Origin: Nemertoderma westbladi
Taxonomy: Eukaryota; Animalia; Xenacoelomorpha
Length of the DNA: 64,000 nucleotides
Assembly (NCBI GenBank): GCA_032718475.1
Contig: JAUCBJ010001498.1
Span: 8,948-72,947, forward strand
Reading direction: 5' to 3'
Under the pieces are notes generated by a model. It saw only the letters and a list, made by a program, of their open reading frames with translations, was not told the origin of the DNA and did no database searches. Below are positions 24,201-36,757 of this stretch, in pieces. Within the stretch, counting starts at the first letter, position 1; each line of letters starts with the position of its first letter. The position numbers were made by a program, and so were the translations under genes.

Positions 24201-27200
24201 CAGCTGTTTGTGTCTGCTTTGCTGAGACCTGGCTCCGACGCCAACCCAGACAGCTGTTTGTGTCTGCTTTGATGAGACCTGGCTCCGACAGCAAGACAGC
24301 TGTTTGTGTCTGCTTTGCTGAGACCTGGCTCCGACGCCAACCCAGACAGCGGTTTGTGTCTGCTTTGCTGAGACCTGGCTCCGACGCCAAGGCAGCTGTT
24401 TGTGTCTGCTTTGCTGAGACCTGGATCCGACACCAACCCAGACAGCTGTTTGTGTCTGCTTTGCTGAGACCTGGCTCCGACGCCAATCCAGGCAGCTGTT
24501 TGTGTCTGCTTTGCTGAGACCTGGCTCCGACACCAACCCAGACAGCTGTTTGTGTCTGCTTTGCTGAGACCTGGCCCCGACGCCAATCCAGGCAGCTGTT
24601 TGTGTCTGCTTTGCTGAGACCTGGCTCCGACAGCAAGACAGCTGTTTGTTTCTGCTTTGCTGAGACCTGGCTCCGACACCAACCCAGACAGCTGTTTGTG
24701 TCTGCTTAGCTGAGACCTGGCTCCGACGTCAAACCAGACAGCTGTTGGTGTCTGCTTTGCTGAGACCTGGCTCCGACGCCAATCCAGGCAGCTGTTTGTG
24801 TCTGCTTTGCTGAGACCTGGCTCCGACAGCAAGACAGCTGTTTGTTTCTGCTTTGCTGAGACCTGGCTCCGACACCAACCCAGACAGCTGTTTGTGTCTG
24901 CTTAGCTGAGACCTGGCTCCGACGTCAAACCAGACAGCTGTTGGTGTCTGCTTTGCTGAGACCTGGCTCCGACACCAAGACAGCTGTTTGTGTCTGCTTT
25001 GCTGAGACCTGGCTCCGACAGCAAGACAGCTGTTTGTTTCTGCTTTGCTGAGACCTGGCTCCGACACCAACCCAGACAGCTGTTTGTTTCTGCTTTGCTG
25101 AGACCTGGCTCCGACACCAACCCAGACAGCTGTTTGTGTCTGCTTAGCTGAGACCTGGCTCCGACGTCAAACCAGACAGCTGTTGGTGTCTGCTTTGCTG
25201 AGATCTGGCTCCGACACCAAGACAGCTGTTTGTGTCTGCTTTGCTGAGACCTGGCTCCGACAGCAAGACAGCTGTTTGTTTCTGCTTTGCTGAGACCTGG
25301 CTCCGACACCAACCCAGACAGCTGTTTGTTTCTGCTTTGCTGAGACCTGGCTCCGACACCAACCCAGACAGCTGTTTGTGTCTGCTTAGCTGAGACCTGG
25401 CTCCGACGTCAAACCAGACAGCTGTTGGTGTCTGCTTTGCTGAGACCTGGCTCCGACACCAAGACAGCTGTTTGTGTCTGCTTTGCTGAGACCTGGCTCC
25501 GACAGCAAGACAGCTGTTTGTGTCTGCTTTGCTGAGACCTGGCTCCGACAGCAAGACAGCTGTTTGTGTCTGCTTAGCTGAGACCTGGCTCCGACGTCAA
25601 ACCAGACAGCTGTTGGTGTCTGCTTTGCTGAGACCTGGCTCCGACACCAAGACAGCTGTTGGTGTCTGCTTTGCTGAGACCTGGCTCCGACACCAAGACA
25701 GCTGTTTGTGTCTGCTTTGCTGAGACCTGGCTCCGACAGCAAGACAGCTGTTTGTGTCTGCTTTGCTGAGACCTGGCTCCGACAGCAAGACAGCTGTTTG
25801 TGTCTGCTTTGCTGAGACCTGGCTCCGACAGCAAGACAGCTGTTTGTTTCTGCTTTGCTGAGACCTGGCTCCGACACCAACCCAGACAGCTGTTTGTGTC
25901 TGCTTAGCTGAGACCTGGCTCCGACGTCAAACCAGACAGCTGTTGGTGTCTGCTTTGCTGAGACCTGGCTCCGACACCAAGACAGCTGTTTGTGTCTGCT
26001 TTGCTGAGACCTGGCTCCGACAGCAAGACAGCTGTTTGTGTCTGCTTTGCTGAGACCTGGCTCCGACAGCAAGACAGCTGTTTGTGTCTGCTTTGCTGAG
26101 ACCTGGCTCCGACAGCAAGACAGCTGTTTGTTTCTGCTTTGCTGAGACCTGGCTCCGACACCAACCCAGACAGCTGTTTGTGTCTGCTTTGCTGAGACCT
26201 GTCTGCGACGCCAACCCAAACAGCTGTTTGTGTCTGCTTTGCTGAGACCTGGCTCCGACGCCAACCCAGACAGCTGTTTGTGTCTGCTTTGCTGAGACCT
26301 GGCTCCGACGCCAACCCAGACAGCTGTTTGTGTCTGCTTTGCTGAGACCTGGCTCCGACGCCAACCCAGACAGCTGTTTGTGTCTGCTTTGCTGAGACCT
26401 GGCTCCGACGCCAACCCAGACAGCTGTTTGTGTCTGCTTTGCTGAGACCTGGCTCCGACGCCAACCCAGACAGCTGTTTGTGTCTGCTTTGCTGAGACCT
26501 GGCTCCGACGCCAACCCAGACAGCTGTTTGTGTCTGCTTTGCTGAGACCTGGCTCCGACGCCAACCCAGACAGCTGTTTGTGTCTGCTTTGCTGAGACCT
26601 GGCTCCGACGCCAACCCAGACAGCTGTTTGTGTCTGCTTTGCTGAGACCTGTCTGCGACGCCAACCCAAACAGCTGTTTGTGTCTGCTTTGCTGAGACCT
26701 GGCTCCGACGCCAACCCAGACAGCTGTTTGTGTCTGCTTTGCTGAGACCTGTCTGCGACGCCAACCCAAACAGCTGTTTGTGTCTGCTTTGCTGAGACCT
26801 GGCTCCGACGCCAACCCAGACAGCTGTTTGTGTCTGCTTTGCTGAGACCTGGCTCCGACGCCAACCCAGACAGCTGTTTGTGTCTGCTTTGCTGAGACCT
26901 GGCTCCGACGCCAACCCAGACAGCTGTTTGTGTCTGCTTTGCTGAGACCTGGCTCCGACGCCAACCCAGACAGCTGTTTGTGTCTGCTTTGCTGAGACCT
27001 GGCTCCGACGCCAACCCAGACAGCTGTTTGTGTCTGCTTTGCTGAGACCTGTCTGCGACGCCAACCCAAACAGCTGTTTGTGTCTGCTTTGCTGAGACCT
27101 GGCTCCGACGCCAACCCAGACAGCTGTTTGTGTCTGCTTTGCTGAGACCTGGCTCCGACGCCAACCCAGACAGCTGTTTGTGTCTGCTTTGCTGAGACCT

Positions 27201-29911
27201 GGCTCCGACGCCAACCCAGACAGCTGTTTGTGTCTGCTTTGCTGAGACCTGGCTCCGACGCCAACCCAGACAGCTGTTTGTGTCTGCTTTGCTGAGACCT
27301 GGCTCCGACGCCAACCCAGACAGCTGTTTGTGTCTGCTTTGCTGAGACCTGTCTGCGACGCCAACCCAAACAGCTGTTTGTGTCTGCTTTGCTGAGACCT
27401 GGCTCCGACGCCAACCCAGACAGCTGTTTGTGTCTGCTTTGCTGAGACCTGGCTCCGACGCCAACCCAGACAGCTGTTTGTGTCTGCTTTGCTGAGACCT
27501 GGCTCCGACGCCAACCCAGACAGCTGTTTGTGTCTGCTTTGCTGAGACCTGGCTCCGACGCCAACCCAGACAGCTGTTTGTGTCTGCTTTGCTGAGACCT
27601 GGCTCCGACGCCAACCCAGACAGCTGTTTGTGTCTGCTTTGCTGAGACCTGGCTCCGACGCCAACCCAGACAGCTGTTTGTGTCTGCTTTGCTGAGACCT
27701 GGCTCCGACGCCAAACCAGACAGCTGTTTGTGTCTGCTTTGCTGAGACCTGGCTCCGACGCCAACCCAGACAGCTGTTTGTGTCTGCTTTGCTGAGACCT
27801 GGCTCCGACGCCAACCCAGACAGCTGTTTGTGTCTGCTTTGCTGAGACCTGTCTGCGACGCCAACCCAAACAGCTGTTTGTGTCTGCTTTGCTGAGACCT
27901 GGCTCCGACGCCAACCCAGACAGCTGTTTGTGTCTGCTTTGCTGAGACCTGGCTCCGACGCCAACCCAGACAGCTGTTTGTGTCTGCTTTGCTGAGACCT
28001 GGCTCCGACGCCAAACCAGACAGCTGTTTGTGTCTGCTTTGCTGAGACCTGGCTCCGACGCCAACCCAGACAGCTGTTTGTGTCTGCTTTGCTGAGACCT
28101 GGCTCCGACGCCAACCCAAACAGCTGTTTGTGTCTGCTTTGCTGAGACCTGGCTCCGACGCCAAACCAGACAGCTGTTTGTGTCTGCTTTGCTGAGACCT
28201 GGCCCCGACGCCAACCCAGACAGCTGTTTGTGTCTGCTTTGCTGAGACCTAGCTCCGATACAAACCCAGACAGCTGTTTGTGTCTGCTTTGCTGAGACCT
28301 GGCTCCGACGCCAAACCAGACAGCTGTTTGTGTCTGCTTTGCTGAGACCTGGCTCCGACGCCAAGACAGCTGTTTGTGTCTGCTTTGCTGAGACCTGGCT
28401 CCGATACCAACCCAGACAGCTGTTTGTGTCTGCTTTGCTGAGACCTGGCTCCGACGCCAAACCAGACAGCTGTTTGTGTCTGCTTTGCTGAGACCTGGCT
28501 CCGACGCCAACCCAGACAGCTGTTTGTGTCTGCTTTGCTGAGACCTGGCTCCGACGCCAACCCAGACAGCTGTTTGTGTCTGCTTTGCTGAGACCTGTCT
28601 GCGACGCCAACCCAAACAGCTGTTTGTGTCTGCTTTGCTGAGACCTGGCTCCGACGCCAACCCAGACAGCTGTTTGTGTCTGCTTTGCTGAGACCTGGCT
28701 CCGACGCCAACCCAGACAGCTGTTTGTGTCTGCTTTGCTGAGACCTGGCTCCGACGCCAACCCAGACAGCTGTTTGTGTCTGCTTTGCTGAGACCTGGCT
28801 CCGACGCCAACCCAGACAGCTGTTTGTGTCTGCTTTGCTGAGACCTGGCTCCGACGCCAACCCAGACAGCTGTTTGTGTCTGCTTTGCTGAGACCTGTCT
28901 GCGACGCCAACCCAAACAGCTGTTTGTGTCTGCTTTGCTGAGACCTGGCTCCGACGCCAACCCAGACAGCTGTTTGTGTCTGCTTTGCTGAGACCTGGCT
29001 CCGACGCCAACCCAGACAGCTGTTTGTGTCTGCTTTGCTGAGACCTGGCTCCGACGCCAACCCAGACAGCTGTTTGTGTCTGCTTTGCTGAGACCTGGCT
29101 CCGACGCCAAACCAGACAGCTGTTTGTGTCTGCTTTGCTGAGACCTGGCTCCGACGCCAACCCAGACAGCTGTTTGTGTCTGCTTTGCTGAGACCTGGCT
29201 CCGACGCCAACCCAGACAGCTGTTTGTGTCTGCTTTGCTGAGACCTGTCTGCGACGCCAACCCAAACAGCTGTTTGTGTCTGCTTTGCTGAGACCTGGCT
29301 CCGACGCCAACCCAGACAGCTGTTTGTGTCTGCTTTGCTGAGACCTGGCTCCGACGCCAACCCAGACAGCTGTTTGTGTCTGCTTTGCTGAGACCTGGCT
29401 CCGACGCCAAACCAGACAGCTGTTTGTGTCTGCTTTGCTGAGACCTGGCTCCGACGCCAACCCAGACAGCTGTTTGTGTCTGCTTTGCTGAGACCTGGCT
29501 CCGACGCCAACCCAAACAGCTGTTTGTGTCTGCTTTGCTGAGACCTGGCTCCGACGCCAAACCAGACAGCTGTTTGTGTCTGCTTTGCTGAGACCTGGCC
29601 CCGACGCCAACCCAGACAGCTGTTTGTGTCTGCTTTGCTGAGACCTGGCTCCGATACCAACCCAGACAGCTGTTTGTGTCTGCTTTGCTGAGACCTGGCT
29701 CCGACGCCAAACCAGACAGCTGTTTGTGTCTGCTTTGCTGAGACCTGGCTCCGACGCCAAGACAGCTGTTTGTGTCTGCTTTGCTGAGACCTGGCTCCGA
29801 TACCAACCCAGACAGCTGTTTGTGTCTGCTTTGCTGAGACCTGGCTCCGACGCCAAACCAGACAGCTGTTTGTGTCTGCTTTGCTGAGACCTGGCTCCGA
29901 CGCCAACCCAG
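21229..29911. repeat. Satellite 2 (50-bp monomer GCTGAGACCTGGCTCCGACGCCAACCCAGACAGCTGTTTGTGTCTGCTTT, with 46-bp deletion variants)
   Basis: Directly visible tandem array, most homogeneous from about 26150 to 29900. Confidence 0.98.
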
Positions 29912-30817
29912 TCCTAGACGGACTGAATGTAGCCTTAATTATTCCCTTATTTTAACTCATACAAATAACAATTTTTTATCGCCGAACATTATTGTAAATA
30001 AATTATTGATCCAATTTTACCAACCCATGGTCTACAATCAAATATAATAATTTTATATAGGCATTGCATTGCCCAGATACTTATGAGATAAATATGATGT
30101 TCCAGAATTAAAATTATGTAATGTCCTACTTTATATCACTGGATATATACTTACGTTTTTGAAAACTTATGTACAATTTTGAATTTTGAAGCTTTGAAAA
30201 CCTTTATTGAGTGCGGCAACAACGTGATTGTTTACGTAGATAATTATCGACCTCCGACCCAAAAACATAAAGTTTGAAAATATAAAAACAGATGAATGAA
30301 TATAAGGGAAGGAAATAAATAAGGACTAACTCTCTTGGCTGTTACCTGATGGTAGTTTATTATGCAAAAAATAATAATCGCATTACTTCCAATTACTTTT
30401 TTTATTGTATGAAAAAAAAGAATACAATATTATTACGCCTATAAAATCTTTATAACAAAATAAATATAATGGATAAGAAGATTTATAAAACAACTGACAA
30501 TAAATGCTGTATTATTGCGAGTTTCTAAAAATATAGTGCAGAAATATTAAGTGGCACAACAATCCCAAAACGATGGCGAAATCTAGAATAAAAACACAAA
30601 AGTAATTCGCAATTAATACATAGAACAGTATCGTTAATACCTCAAAAAGTTAATTAGTGGTGTTCCAGAATAATTTAATTAATTGCGAAAAAAGAAAATC
30701 CCACCGAGAGTTACCTTGTTGCTATGTAAATACCAGATTTTCGCTTATATCGCATTCCCTGACTTTTCCCTGATTCGTTCATTGTTTACTAGAATTGCCT
30801 GACTATTTTTCAGGTAT

Positions 30818-32142
30818 ACTTGCAAAGTTCAAATATGCTGATGACAGCTCTAGTTATAGGTCATGCAATGTTACTGACGATCCAGATAATGACTTAAAAT
30901 AATGTATTGAAAAGGTACAAGAAGACTGGAATTTGATTACACAGTGGTGCAATAAATAGCGTTTAAAATCGAACGGACAAAAAAACTGATATTCTAATTA
31001 TTAATGGGTCTTATGTTGACCATTCAAATCTACCAAAAGTTACTCTGGGTAATGAAGTATGCAACTTCGTAACTGAGTCAAAGATTCTAGGAGTCACCTT
31101 TGATAATAAGTTGTCTTCCCAATATAAAAACTCTATTGCAAAACTTATAGACAACATGGACACCTATATATCCAGATTTATTACACCCACTAGCGGTATA
31201 AATCTCATGGCTGCTGTAAAATTAATACAATCGTTAATTTTACCGAAGATTCTCTTTGCTTCCCCTATATGGGCGAATCACGATTACATGAAGATAGTGA
31301 ACGACTTATGGGCGACTATGTTGAAGCAGTCAGTTGGAATTTAACCCTCAAAGAGAGAAACTACAAATAGTTTGTGGTCTACCGCCACCAGATATTTTTT
31401 GTCAAATTATTAGAACAAAATTTTTATTGAAACTTCTATCGAAAACCGGAGATATAAACACCATATGGTCCGACGGTGATATGAACTACAAGTTCGTTTC
31501 TTTTCCCACATCAGTGATATTAAAGCATATTTTGCTTGGACGAATAATGAACGGTCGGGGCGCCTACTTGACCTCACAAACTTGACCCCAGAGACTCTAC
31601 ATTATAATCAGACACAAATGAGTTGCTACACCAAACATTTATGGAAGCAGTGCATTAATCTTAATGATACCTTAGCGAAAACGAGACAATCCCCTCAACT
31701 CCTACCAATGAACTTTGCCTGTGCTAGACCGCAAGAAACTTTTATCTTAGGAATTATACTAGGGCAGGGAAATCTCGGACATATGAGATTAATCTATGGA
31801 GATATCTTTGACAGCCGCTGTACATGTGGGGAATCAGAAACAGAAATTCACTTTCTGTTAGAATGTCCCGATAGGAAAGGTCGCTCTGATTGTTTAATGA
31901 GGTCTATGAAGACAAACTGTTGGGACACATTCGACGAGCTTATTTATAGTAGAGAAAATTATGTAAATAAATCACTTTTAGCAGCATCTTATTAGTGATA
32001 TAAACTGATATACTCAGTAGGGATATATTTTAACTGATTTTAACGGGAAACCCCGATTTTACTTTATATTTTAAACAGTCTCCATTTTGCATGCAAATAT
32101 ATGCATTTCTATCTTAATTAAAAGAATAATATATATATATAT
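30818..32142 (+). mobile_element. Degraded 5'-truncated LINE (RT C-terminus plus CCHC knuckle)
   Basis: KYADDS at 30831, KILGVTFD, LILPKILFASPIW, CTCGESETEIHFLLEC, with stops and frameshifts. (TA)n tail and a candidate TSD AGGTAT at 30812-30817 and 32143-32148. Confidence 0.8.
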
Positions 32143-32325
32143 AGGTATTCCAGGTGAGTGGCAACCCTGTAAATTGAAACTAAAAACAAATAGAAGTCCA
32201 AGAAACCAAATATAATTGCACTAAAAGTGACTGCATATAAAAAATATCAGCACAATAAAACTTTTCGGAGAAAATATTCCGAATAAATCAACAACTACCC
32301 AAGTTCGATTAGAAAACTCACTGGT

Positions 32326-33720
32326 TTATAAGTCGAATGGAATTTTCTCTTCTGCAGGGATCGATCCCTTGCAGAGTTTCTTTTGTTTGGATCCGGAGAG
32401 GTTCCTGGAGTCCCTTATGTATCCGTCGACCTCGGCGCGTAGCGCGTCCAGGAAGACGGACAACGGGACGTCGCCGCAACCCGCGGTGCCCACGCGAGCG
32501 ACCGCGAGGAACGGGAGTTTACGCAACGTGCGACCGCTGAACCCGGCGCTGGAGCGAGCGATAGCGAGGAGTTGGGAGTTGGAGGCGTCGCCGTGGTCGA
32601 GAACGGTCCGACTCCGTGCCGAATCCGAGCCGGAACGCACCGCATCCGAGTCGGAACGCACCGCCGCGACGATCCCCGTTCGCACTAACTCCTCGATACA
32701 CGACTGGTATATGATATAGATGGCGGCGGTGCTCGGAGGCCCGATGAACTGCTTTATATCGGCTCGATCGACGAACGCGACGTCGATGGCGCCGGTGATA
32801 TTGGAGGTGGTGAGGATGACGACGTTGGGAAAGGTCTTGAGTTTGTCGATCTGGGTGAGCAACGCGTTGACAACCCGGATGGCGTCGGAAGGCTCGTTGC
32901 CCGCGAGCGCGCTCTGTCGCGTCGCGCTTAGACTCTCAACCTCGTCCAGCAACACGAAGACAATAACATCGGGGTCCATCAGCTGTTGGACCTTGGCGAA
33001 CATCTTGAGGACGAGTTTCCCGCTCTCGCTGAACCAGCGGGAAAACAGCGAGTGAGAATTGATCTCGATGAGTAAACCGTACTGGTAGCGGTGCGACATT
33101 GTGATGGTGAGTTTCTGCGCGAGAGCTTTGCACAAACTCGTTTTACCTGACCCGGGAGGGCCGTGCAATAAAACAACCTTGTTCCAGGTGATTATATTAG
33201 GGTCTACTTGTCTATCCTGGAGCAACAATGAGGTTTCTACGTAACTCAACAAACGCGATTTGATTCCGGAATCGTATACGAGACTCTCCCAGAGTCCGAG
33301 GTACTCCGAGTTCGGAAGGACCCAGTTAGTAGAGGCGGACGAGCCCTCGCTCTCCCCCGGCTCGATGTCCTCCATCACGGAGACGTCGTCCGTGCTCACG
33401 GAGTACACGTGGATCCTGAGAAAGCACTCCCCCACCGGGATATCCCGAGCGGGGCCGTTCAGTGTATCGCATACGAACAATGAACGGATGTTCTCGCGTA
33501 GAACGCTCTCGGAAGGGAACGAGAGGATTCGTTGTCCCGGAGACACGGTGGGGTGCGTAAAAAGTAGCCATTTGCTGATGAGTTTCTGCAGGGAATCAGC
33601 GGTTTCGCGACTTTGCGAAGTGCGTAACGCCTCTATGTGAATAACCCCCGGAAATGGGCGTTTCGCGTCCCCATTACATGGCGGCAAACCCGTTGCCATA
33701 TCTTTAACAAAACTAGCCAT
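32326..33720 (-). CDS. TRIP13: Pachytene checkpoint protein 2 / TRIP13 AAA+ ATPase, intronless CDS nested in a DYRK intron
   Basis: Uninterrupted ORF with family motifs WVLP..EYLGLWESLVYD, WNKVVLLHGPPGSGKTSLCKALAQKL (Walker A), EINSHSLFSRWFSESGKLV, LLDEVESL (Walker B), NEPSDAIRVVNALLTQID, AFVDRADIK and GFSGRTLRKLPF. First ATG at 33720. Confidence 0.95.
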   Translation of the reverse strand: MASFVKDMATGLPPCNGDAKRPFPGVIHIEALRTSQSRETADSLQKLISKWLLFTHPTVSPGQRILSFPSESVLRENIRSLFVCDTLNGPARDIPVGECFLRIHVYSVSTDDVSVMEDIEPGESEGSSASTNWVLPNSEYLGLWESLVYDSGIKSRLLSYVETSLLLQDRQVDPNIITWNKVVLLHGPPGSGKTSLCKALAQKLTITMSHRYQYGLLIEINSHSLFSRWFSESGKLVLKMFAKVQQLMDPDVIVFVLLDEVESLSATRQSALAGNEPSDAIRVVNALLTQIDKLKTFPNVVILTTSNITGAIDVAFVDRADIKQFIGPPSTAAIYIIYQSCIEELVRTGIVAAVRSDSDAVRSGSDSARSRTVLDHGDASNSQLLAIARSSAGFSGRTLRKLPFLAVARVGTAGCGDVPLSVFLDALRAEVDGYIRDSRNLSGSKQKKLCKGSIPAEEKIPFDL

Positions 33721-34556
33721 TGCCAAACGTTAAACAGATAAATGATTCACACTTGTTGTCGGAAGTACAGAAGTAATGGATAATTTTTGGCTCTCCTCTA
33801 CTTCAGTACTTCTAATAGGCCTATGGTACCCAGTAAGCAACCGAGGGTGGACTCTCTATAGCCGAGGGGCACTTGTATAATAACTAATAATCACGAACCC
33901 CATCCTCTTATAATATACACCTAACTCTGCAGTAGTCAGTAGTAGTAGTAATAGTAGTTAGTAGTGGTAGTAAGTAGTTATAAAGGAGATGAGTTTAAAC
34001 CAAAGTGATAAAGTAACATTATTATATAACATAACCATATAGACAAAGTAGAATAAGATACAGATTCATAATTATTTTATCAAACTCATGTACTACTTAC
34101 TTCAATGTGCCAATTGTAACAATAATTAAACATATTATTCTGATTAATCTGCGTTTGGCCCCATAAAATATTATACTGAAGTGTTTTATATCAATATATC
34201 CATGCGAGTAAACAAGAACTGAAGTAAATGTTTATTATTATAGTTTTAGAAATTGAATGATATACCCAAGATAGTGAAATAAATAATTTACTAGAAATTG
34301 CCATTTGATCAGATATATCAAAGCGGAGTCTTTACTATAATACCGTAATAGTATCAATTCACTCTGTTATACAATGTAAATATACTAAATCTATTTATAA
34401 ATATATTATGATCCCTACATTGTATATTTCTCCTACAGGTAGACAATGTAGTATGTTAAAACTTGATATAATTTAGTATAATGTATAACATATTACAAAT
34501 AAGACTGAGGCAGCTAAACTATATTGCAAAGAAATCAAATATCCTAAAGTAATATA

Positions 34557-36469
34557 CTAGACCCTCCCTCCACCCTATAAATTCACCACCTACCCCACCC
34601 ACCACCCTTATTACTATATAATAATGAAAGAAAGTACTGGCGCTCCGGTCACTCCGTTCCCTCCGCTGGGGGGGTTAAGTTGTAGGTTTTGACACTATGC
34701 AAAATCCGAGCACAGAGTTAGAAGCGCATTGGATAGGCGAACATTTCTTGCAGTGAAAGTATTTCCATACCTGTTATAGTTTTCGAGATAGTCAGACATG
34801 AGTAGCTAAAATTTAAATTTTTATCGGTAAAGCCTGATTTCACCGGTACCTGTCATTCGAAATATGGATTGTGATATATCGTTTGATGCGGGTCCACTAA
34901 CTGTACATTCACATATTTTCAAGGAAAAAATTCGATCAAGGGTTTTCGAAATATTTTCGAATTACCGGAAGCAGACTTTGGACGACCATATCTCCGGTAC
35001 CGGTAGGCCTATTAAGTCGAAATTTGTTTTAATCTACTTAGAACACTCCAGTGAATGTTTTTTAGTTTTAAAGTTTTGCCCCAAAATGCTCAGAAGTAAT
35101 TTCGAAAAAACTGATCATTTCGCGATCATGATCTTTTGACCCCCTAGAATTGAACTTTTTTATGGTCAAATTTTGGCTACCCCCCCTAATTCGAGGGTGA
35201 GGAATCTTTTTGTAATGTTAAGTTTTTTCATACGGTGAACCCACAGGACTTGGTCTTCGAAATAAAACCGAAAACATGATCTTTCCTGATCATGGCCTGA
35301 TCAAATCGCTTTTTGAAAATTTCGAAATGCTTAAAGGTTGCCCCTTCTTAATAGAAGTCGATTAGTCAAAAAAAAATCGGGGGTCTCAAACAAAGTTTTC
35401 GAGAAAATCGGGAAAAACAGAAAAACACGATCTTTTATGATCAGGAAGCTGATCTTGAGAACCGGTTGACCGATCGAGCCAATTTTTTTTTAATCAACTC
35501 AGAATAGACCATTGAACATTTCTTACAATGAATGTTTATTAGAAAAATGCTTAGATTCGATTTTAAATATACTGATCTTTTCGCGATCATGGTCTTGAGT
35601 TTTGACCCACTAGACTTGAACTTTTTTATGCCCAAATTTTGGCTACCCCCCATAATTCGAGGGTGAGGAATCTTTTTGTGATGTTAAGTTTTTCCATACG
35701 GTGAACTCCCAGAACTTGGTCGTCGAAATAAAACCGAAAACACGATCTTTTCTGATCGCGGCCTGATCAAATCGCTTTTTGAAAATTTCGAAATACACAA
35801 AAGGTGCCCCTTCACCATAAAAGTCGATTCGTAAAAAAAAAATCGGGGGTCTCAAACAAAGTTTTCGAGAAAATCCGAAAAAACTAAAAAATCTGATCTT
35901 TTATGATCAGGTATCAGATCTCGAGAACCGATTGTCCGATCGAGCCAATTTTTTTTTTAATCGACTCAGGGCGGTGTTCTGAACGTTTCCTACAGTAATT
36001 GTTTATATCCAAAATGCTTAGTTACGATTTTACGAAGTCCGATCTTTGCGCGATCATGATCTTGCGTTTTGACCGGGAAGAATTCACTTTTTTTAAAATC
36101 TTTTAACGGGAATCATGACTAATGTGGGGTCGCTGAATCTTTTTGTAATGTTAAGTTTTCCGATTGGAGCAAGCCTTGAGTGTCCGTCCGATTGCTGATC
36201 AAAACTGATCTTTGCTGATCATGGTCAAGATCATGATCTGATCGGTACAAAAAAAGATATTTGAATGTAAACCCATATGCTGCCTATCGATTGGCGCCGG
36301 TCCCAAGTCCGTAGCATTAGCGGTTCTGGACTTATACGCATAGCAACGCGGTTGCTAGGGAGGCTGACTTTTTGACTCAAATTGGCCCTAGCCGGAGAAC
36401 CGTAGACTTTTTAAACGTAATGTATATGGGAAAAAGTCTTCTGGATAAATTTTGGGGGGGGGGGTCTAG
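34557..36469. mobile_element. Unclassified non-coding repetitive element with an internal ~465-bp tandem subrepeat
   Basis: Related blocks begin near 35125, 35585 and 36050. Imperfect terminal inverted repeat CTAGACCC(T)CCC ... GGGGGGGTCTAG. No coding capacity. Boundaries uncertain. Confidence 0.45.
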
Positions 36470-36757
36470 GAACATCCTATTGTTCGTTTTCGCTTAGTTG
36501 CTGAGATCCTCTCGTCCCAACAATTCCAGGATTCTATAAAGGCATTCTGCTGGACTAGTTCCGTGGCCGGAATAGTGTTCGGTGTTCTGCGAACAGAGAA
36601 CCTAATCGGTTTAGGGCCCTGACCGTCCAGTACAATATTATCGGTAGGCTTATCTTCTGATCTTATTTTTGTTTGTAATTTCAACTACCCGACTACCATT
36701 TTGCTTGAGACCCTACCAATACAATCCCGAACGGCCTTCATTATTTTGTTACGCGCT

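Noticed and set aside
21157-29906. Very long ORFs (up to 1506 aa) as repetitive proteins
   Set aside because: The 50-bp period is not a multiple of 3, all frames give the same peptide cycle, and 4-bp deletions are tolerated freely.
32337-33640. Short ORFs overlapping TRIP13 on both strands
   Set aside because: Shadow ORFs expected from GC-rich coding sequence.
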